Of a stretch of DNA of 19,336 nucleotides, positions 14,443 through 19,336 are shown piece by piece (position 1 is the stretch's first letter; each line of letters begins with the position of its first letter). The position numbers and the translations under genes are program-made. The notes under the pieces are model-generated. The model searched no databases. It worked only from the letters and a program-made list of their open reading frames with translations, and was not told the DNA's origin. The stretch covers positions 1,247 through 20,582 of the forward strand of contig JBDIWJ010000026.1 in assembly GCA_039638295.1 (NCBI GenBank), given 5' to 3'. The stretch is from Candidatus Phoenicimicrobium oleiphilum. Its GTDB lineage: Bacteria > Atribacterota > Phoenicimicrobiia > Phoenicimicrobiales > Phoenicimicrobiaceae.

Positions 14443-15486
14443 TTAAAATTCTCCCTTAGGGGCATTTTCCAAAAATTTAACCATTAACTTGATAGAATTC
14501 TCAATATCTTCTTTATTGCACATCTCAACTACTGAATGAATATATCTAGTAGGAATAGAAACCGTGCAAACAGGGACTCCTGACTTACTTCTTTGTATTG
14601 CTCCAGCATCAGTTCCCCCTCCCAACAATATATCAGTCTGATATTTAATTTTATTCTCTTCGGCTATATTTCTTAAAAAATCTACTAGTTTTTTATTAGA
14701 AATGGTATGGGAATCCATTAAAGATATTGCTGTTCCTCCCCCCAAATTAGTTACCATCTCTTCTTCTTTTGTCCCAGGAAGATCTGAAGCTATAGTCACG
14801 TCAAGAGCAATGCCTGCATCAGGCTCAACAGAAAACGAAGAAACAATTGCCCCTCTAAGTCCTACTTCTTCCTGAACTGTGGCAACAGCGTATATATCGA
14901 CCTCACAATCTTTAACTCGTTTTAAGGATTCAATCATTACATACACCCCAGCTCTATCATCAAGGGCTTTGGCAGTTATTATCTTATTATTGAACTCTTT
15001 AAAGTTCCTATCCAGAGTAACAAAATCACCTGGTTTAACTATCTTTGAAACTTCGTCCTTCTTTAATCCAACATCTATAAACAGATCTTTAATTTTTGGT
15101 ACTTTCTTCCTCTCTTCTTCCTCTAAAATATGAATGGGTTTTGAACCAATGACTCCTCCAATATCTTTTCTTCCATGTACTACTACTCTTTGAGCAATTA
15201 GAGTTTTAGGATCAAATCCCCCAACCGGCACAAACCTTAAAAAGCCTTCTTTGTCTATAAAACTTACCATAAAGCCAATTTCATCCATATGTGCTGCAAT
15301 CATCACTTTTTTAGGAGACGACTTACCTGACATTTTTTTAGCTTTCTTCATACCTATAACATTTCCTAATTTATCTACCTTCACTTCATCAGTTACTTTT
15401 TCTAATTCTTCCTTAATAACTTTTTGTATCCTCTCCTCATAGCCAGAAATTCCCGGTGTCTCACACAATTTCTTTAATAAATCCAA
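14443..15486 (-). CDS. M42 family metallo-aminopeptidase (TET-like)
   Basis: 347 aa. PGISGYE, AAHMDEIG, KALDDRAG, TVQEEVGLRGA, ALDVT, GGTDAG, RYIHS. SD AGGAGG. Confidence 0.95.
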   Translation of the reverse strand: MDLLKKLCETPGISGYEERIQKVIKEELEKVTDEVKVDKLGNVIGMKKAKKMSGKSSPKKVMIAAHMDEIGFMVSFIDKEGFLRFVPVGGFDPKTLIAQRVVVHGRKDIGGVIGSKPIHILEEEERKKVPKIKDLFIDVGLKKDEVSKIVKPGDFVTLDRNFKEFNNKIITAKALDDRAGVYVMIESLKRVKDCEVDIYAVATVQEEVGLRGAIVSSFSVEPDAGIALDVTIASDLPGTKEEEMVTNLGGGTAISLMDSHTISNKKLVDFLRNIAEENKIKYQTDILLGGGTDAGAIQRSKSGVPVCTVSIPTRYIHSVVEMCNKEDIENSIKLMVKFLENAPKGEF

Positions 15487-15527
15487 TTTTCTATTTCCTC
15501 CTTTTTTATTTTATAAATATAAATTTT

Positions 15528-16052
15528 TTATCTTAAATTTTTCCTTAAAATCAAAGGCAATATCCTCTCCATCAGCTCATCCCTATTTTTCAGATTTATT
15601 TTAAATATTATAACATCGTCTCTCTCTTTTATTTGAGAAGTAAATTTATCCCCTCCGATTCCAATAGTTGAAAGAACGGGCTTTTCAGAATTTAAACATT
15701 CTCTAACCTTTTCTTTAAATTTATCTGAAAAGATTTCCATCTTACCAATTTCATCAATTATAATTAGATCATCAACTTTAAGGGCCTGGTCAAGAGATTT
15801 TACACCTATATTCTCCAAATCATAGATATTAACTCCATATCTTCCTACCCTTTTCGGTCCTTGTATGTTGATATGAGCCAAAACTCCCTCCTGGTGAGCA
15901 AGAGAAATGATTTTAAAACCAACTCGATTGCCACTTTCTTTTATTTCTTCGGTATAAAATCCTCCTACTCTTAACTTTAACTCTTTTAATATTTTCTTTA
16001 TCAAGGTAGTCTTACCTACTCCGGGAGGACCACAAATTAGAATGTTTTTCAT
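15528..16052 (-). CDS. Nucleoside-triphosphatase (NTPase_1/THEP1 family)
   Basis: 174 aa. Walker A GPPGVGKT, GGFYTEE, VGRYGV, Walker B IIIDEIGKME. Confidence 0.93.
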   Translation of the reverse strand: MKNILICGPPGVGKTTLIKKILKELKLRVGGFYTEEIKESGNRVGFKIISLAHQEGVLAHINIQGPKRVGRYGVNIYDLENIGVKSLDQALKVDDLIIIDEIGKMEIFSDKFKEKVRECLNSEKPVLSTIGIGGDKFTSQIKERDDVIIFKINLKNRDELMERILPLILRKNLR

Positions 16053-16108
16053 AAATCACTACTTCTTTGTTATAGAACAACCTGCAAACTAAAATTATTT
16101 TTGTTTTT

Positions 16109-16612
16109 CTAATCTAATAATTCATGAGTATGTTTTTTATACTCGTTTTTTAACTTTTGCATAGTATCTTTAGGCTCTTCTACAATTACTTTCGAACCAC
16201 TCAGCACATCAATAAAGCTTAGTTCATTTTCATAGCGAGGTACAATGTGAAGATGCAAATGTTCAATGCTTGCCCCGCTCCCTTTGCCTAAATTGTATCC
16301 AATATTAAATCCATGAGGTTGATAGATATTTTTCAGAATTTTTAAGGATACTACAGTTAACTTATGTAATTCTTCAACTTCAGAAAGTGATAATTTTTCA
16401 ATTTCTTCAATGTGTTGATAGGGGAATATCATCAGGTGCCCTGGGTTATAAGGATAAAGATTAACGGCTATAATAAAACTTTTACTCCTAAATACTTCTA
16501 AATTTGTTACTTTAGGGTCAGCCTTTACAATTGAACATAAAATACACTCAACTTTTGGTCTTTTGCCTCTAACATATTCTCCCTTTGAAGGAACAAATAT
16601 ATTTTTCCTCAT
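16109..16612 (-). CDS. HIT family protein (Ap4A phosphorylase/hydrolase-like)
   Basis: 167 aa. CILC, NLYPYNPGHLM, GFNIGYNLG, histidine triad HLHLHIVPR. Confidence 0.93.
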   Translation of the reverse strand: MRKNIFVPSKGEYVRGKRPKVECILCSIVKADPKVTNLEVFRSKSFIIAVNLYPYNPGHLMIFPYQHIEEIEKLSLSEVEELHKLTVVSLKILKNIYQPHGFNIGYNLGKGSGASIEHLHLHIVPRYENELSFIDVLSGSKVIVEEPKDTMQKLKNEYKKHTHELLD

Positions 16613-16633
16613 AATATTCTCCTAATGTAAAAT

Positions 16634-17008
16634 TTAGTGCCAGGCACCTTTTTTTACATTTATTCTATAAACCAGGATAAGACAGGTGATTATGCCTAAA
16701 ATATTGGCTATAATATCCCCTATAGAAAATTCTCTTTCGGGTACAAAATATTGGTAAATTTCGTTAAATATGCTATAAGAAATAGAAAATATTAAAGATA
16801 AACGGTAATGAATAAATTTTAACAAAAGTATTTTATCACTTAAAGCTGCCAAACAGAGAAATGCATGGATAGCGTAAGTAAAAAAATGTATTACTTTATC
16901 TTGCCCGTAAAAAAGCTGCTCTATTCCAACTTCTGGTCGGGAAGAAAAGATAAAAATCACAATGGAATAAACGATTAGCAGTGCCCAGAGAAATATTTTT
17001 CTTCTCAA
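16634..17008 (-). CDS. VanZ-like membrane protein
   Basis: 124 aa, TTG start, hydrophobic. IFIFSS, DKVIHF, EIYQYFVPER, DIIAN. Confidence 0.88.
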   Translation of the reverse strand: MRRKIFLWALLIVYSIVIFIFSSRPEVGIEQLFYGQDKVIHFFTYAIHAFLCLAALSDKILLLKFIHYRLSLIFSISYSIFNEIYQYFVPEREFSIGDIIANILGIITCLILVYRINVKKGAWH

Positions 17009-17032
17009 AATACCACCTAACTTTAAAAATAT

Positions 17033-18184
17033 CTATTTTTTAAATAGAATTTCTTCTGCAGCTCCAATTCCTGAACCTAATTTAAAATTGTAATTAAATT
17101 CAGATAAAGTCCTTTCAATAATGCTCAAGGTAGCTACTACTTCATTCTCTGTGATATTGCCCATATGCCCTAAACGGAAAATTTTGCCTGCTAATACTCC
17201 TTTGCCAGCAGATACCAAGACACCATTTTGAAATAATCTTTCTCTGAAAGATAAATCTTCAATTCCAAAAGGATATACAACAGTTGATACTGTGTTGGCT
17301 CTATGTTCCTTGGAAGGGAGTATACCAAATCCTAATTCTTCTAAACCTGTTTGGAAAGCCAGGGCAAACCGTCTATGTCTTTTAAATCTTTCTTCTAAAC
17401 CCTCTTTTAATATGATTTTAAGACCTTGGTGAAGAGCATTCACCATATTTACAGCATGAGTAGCAAAGTAACCACTGGCCGGGTCGCGCATAATAGACAA
17501 CCATCGATTAATATCCATATAATAAGCAGAAATTTTCCCTAAACTATTTCTTCTTTCTAAAGCTTTTTCGCTGAATATTAAATTTGCTAATCCAGGAGGT
17601 ACGCCAAATGCCTTTTGATTACCGGCAAAAAGAATATCAATCCCCCAATCATCCATCCTCTCTTCAATTCCCCCAGTAGCACAAACACCATCTACAATAA
17701 ACAAAGTTTCAGGAAATTCTTTTACTACCTCACTCACTTCTTTTAGGGGAGCACAGACTCCGGTAGAAGTGTCTACATGAGTTAAAGTTATAGCAGAAAA
17801 TTTTTTCTCCTTTAGTTTTTGGGCTATTTTTTCGACCTCAACAATCTTGCCCCACTCAGAAGCTAAAACTTCTACCTCAAAACCATAACTCTGAGCAATT
17901 TCCACAAATCTATCCCCAAAATAACCATGGGAAACAACCAGTAAACGATCACCCTTTTTTAAAGAATTAACCAGAGCTGTCTCCATTGCTAATGTTCCGG
18001 TACCAGGAATAGTAAAAGGTTGACCCTTTTCAGTCATAACAATAGTTTTTAAATCCTTTAGAGTTTCTTTCAAAGTTCCCACTAATTGTGGATCTAAATG
18101 AGAAACTGTTTCTTTGCTCAAAGCATCTAAAATAGACTGTTCTACTGGAGTAGGTCCAGGAATCATCATTATTTTTTTACCCAT
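17033..18184 (-). CDS. Class V PLP aminotransferase (alanine/serine-glyoxylate aminotransferase family)
   Basis: 383 aa. MIPGPT, GTGTLAME, GYFGDRF, HVDTSTGV, IVDGV, QKAFGVPPGL (PLP Lys), FRLGHMG. Confidence 0.93.
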   Translation of the reverse strand: MGKKIMMIPGPTPVEQSILDALSKETVSHLDPQLVGTLKETLKDLKTIVMTEKGQPFTIPGTGTLAMETALVNSLKKGDRLLVVSHGYFGDRFVEIAQSYGFEVEVLASEWGKIVEVEKIAQKLKEKKFSAITLTHVDTSTGVCAPLKEVSEVVKEFPETLFIVDGVCATGGIEERMDDWGIDILFAGNQKAFGVPPGLANLIFSEKALERRNSLGKISAYYMDINRWLSIMRDPASGYFATHAVNMVNALHQGLKIILKEGLEERFKRHRRFALAFQTGLEELGFGILPSKEHRANTVSTVVYPFGIEDLSFRERLFQNGVLVSAGKGVLAGKIFRLGHMGNITENEVVATLSIIERTLSEFNYNFKLGSGIGAAEEILFKK

Positions 18185-18247
18185 AATTAAATCTCCTTTT
18201 ATTTTTATTTTTTAAAGATTAAAAACCTATTTCTTCTTTATCTTATC

Positions 18248-18979
18248 TCATTTCTTTATATTAGATATTATACCATCTTTAAATACAGGAACAATATTAA
18301 AAATATTTGTTTGAGAACAGAACTCTAAATCTTTTCCTAATCCGATACTCTCTAAATACCTGCCATGATAACATTTTTGCAACAGCTCTAAAATATTATT
18401 GCCAAACTTTTCATAGAGTAATTGAGCTGTTATGTTACTATCTACTTCCCAAGTATTGGGAGGGAAAATATCTCTTAGAGAATTTACCAATATACCAGCA
18501 CAAACAGAATCTTCTAAAGAAAAGCAACCTTCTCTCCCTGCACAAACCAGTATCACATCACCAGGAAAATTAGAACAATAATTTGAGGTCGCCTGCAAAT
18601 TTAAAAAACTCCCAATAATTATTTGGTAAGCACCTTTAACCATCTCCAAAGTCTTTACACCATTAGTCGTAGAAAAAATAATTATTCTATCTTTAACGAT
18701 TTCTTTCTCATATTCTCTAGGTGAATTCCCTAAATTAAATCCCCTAATTTTTTTACCTTTCCTTTCTCCTCCCAGTAAAACTTTTTCTTTGGTAAATTCG
18801 CGTGCCTTTTTTTCAGCCTGCTCAGGGGAAAAAATAGGAATAAAACCGACGCATCCATTAGCTAAAGCAGTTACTATGGTACTGGAAGCTCTTAAAACAT
18901 CTATAACTACCACTAATTTATCGGTTAATCTCCTATCTTTTATCTCCTCTGGAGTAAATACAACTTCTAAATTTTTCAT
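18248..18979 (-). CDS. comB: 2-phosphosulfolactate phosphatase family protein
   Basis: 243 aa. VVVIDVLRASSTI, LGGERKG, GNSP, STTNG, LEDSVCAG. Confidence 0.92.
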   Translation of the reverse strand: MKNLEVVFTPEEIKDRRLTDKLVVVIDVLRASSTIVTALANGCVGFIPIFSPEQAEKKAREFTKEKVLLGGERKGKKIRGFNLGNSPREYEKEIVKDRIIIFSTTNGVKTLEMVKGAYQIIIGSFLNLQATSNYCSNFPGDVILVCAGREGCFSLEDSVCAGILVNSLRDIFPPNTWEVDSNITAQLLYEKFGNNILELLQKCYHGRYLESIGLGKDLEFCSQTNIFNIVPVFKDGIISNIKK

Positions 18980-19008
18980 CTTACTTATAAAGGTCTCCTA
19001 AATTTAAT

Positions 19009-19336
19009 CTATGCTCCGTATTTCTGCAATTTTAAAGCATTTGCCAGCATTAAAGGAAGTGCCTCTACAGCTGCGAATCTTCCCAATCCTCCTTTAACAC
19101 ATTCGTTTTCATTAAATTGCTTCACCTCATCAACCCTGATATACTTAGAAAACAACATAAAAGGATTGGGATGCCAACTATGCCCCTTTAATAAGGCCGG
19201 CGTAGAATGATCTCCTGTAACTACTAAAACATCTGGTTTTAAATTAATTATTTCAGGAATAAATTTATCTACTTCTTCAATTACCTTCACCTTTTCTTCA
19301 AACTTTCCATCCTCCCCATAGCTATCCGTCTTTTTT
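19009..19336 (-). CDS. apgM: 2,3-bisphosphoglycerate-independent phosphoglycerate mutase, ApgM type (C-terminal part; runs off the window)
   Basis: Frame is open to the window edge: [23 protein letters not shown]...VTGDHSTP...HSWHPNP...KYGA, including metal-binding motifs. Confidence 0.9.
   Translation of the reverse strand, partial: KKTDSYGEDGKFEEKVKVIEEVDKFIPEIINLKPDVLVVTGDHSTPALLKGHSWHPNPFMLFSKYIRVDEVKQFNENECVKGGLGRFAAVEALPLMLANALKLQKYGA

Noticed and set aside
14879..19001. Plus-strand ORFs 14879-15133, 15251-15442, 18307-18573 and 18789-19001
   Set aside because: Antisense shadows of the M42 peptidase and comB genes.

Overview
AT-rich bacterial chromosomal segment, probably from an anaerobe. 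Its style resembles Ca. Atribacterota/JS1, but that is an impression and cannot be verified here. There are 18 credible CDSs, nearly all on the minus strand. In transcription order: ApgM-type phosphoglycerate mutase (partial), ComB, class-V aminotransferase, VanZ, HIT, NTPase, M42 peptidase, EndoIII-like glycosylase, a trehalose/alpha-glucoside module (TreT, ROK repressor, ABC solute-binding protein, 2 permeases), a dGTPase-like HD protein, an M23 peptidase and a secreted TPR protein. One plus-strand three-gene cassette encodes a Cys-rich/DUF4405-like membrane protein, an ECF sigma factor and a putative membrane anti-sigma. No rRNA, tRNA, CRISPR array or transposase is visible. The most unusual signal is non-coding. 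Five intergenic regions are patchworks of degenerate 7-nt and 8-nt tandem arrays that begin within a few nt of the upstream stop codon, sometimes supplying it. These arrays recur as shared modules, in one case differing by whole repeat units, and in some spacers bracket GTAG-type REP-like hairpins as inverted pairs. One REP-like hairpin carries two 22-nt mini-hairpin elements nested one inside the other, each in a hairpin loop.
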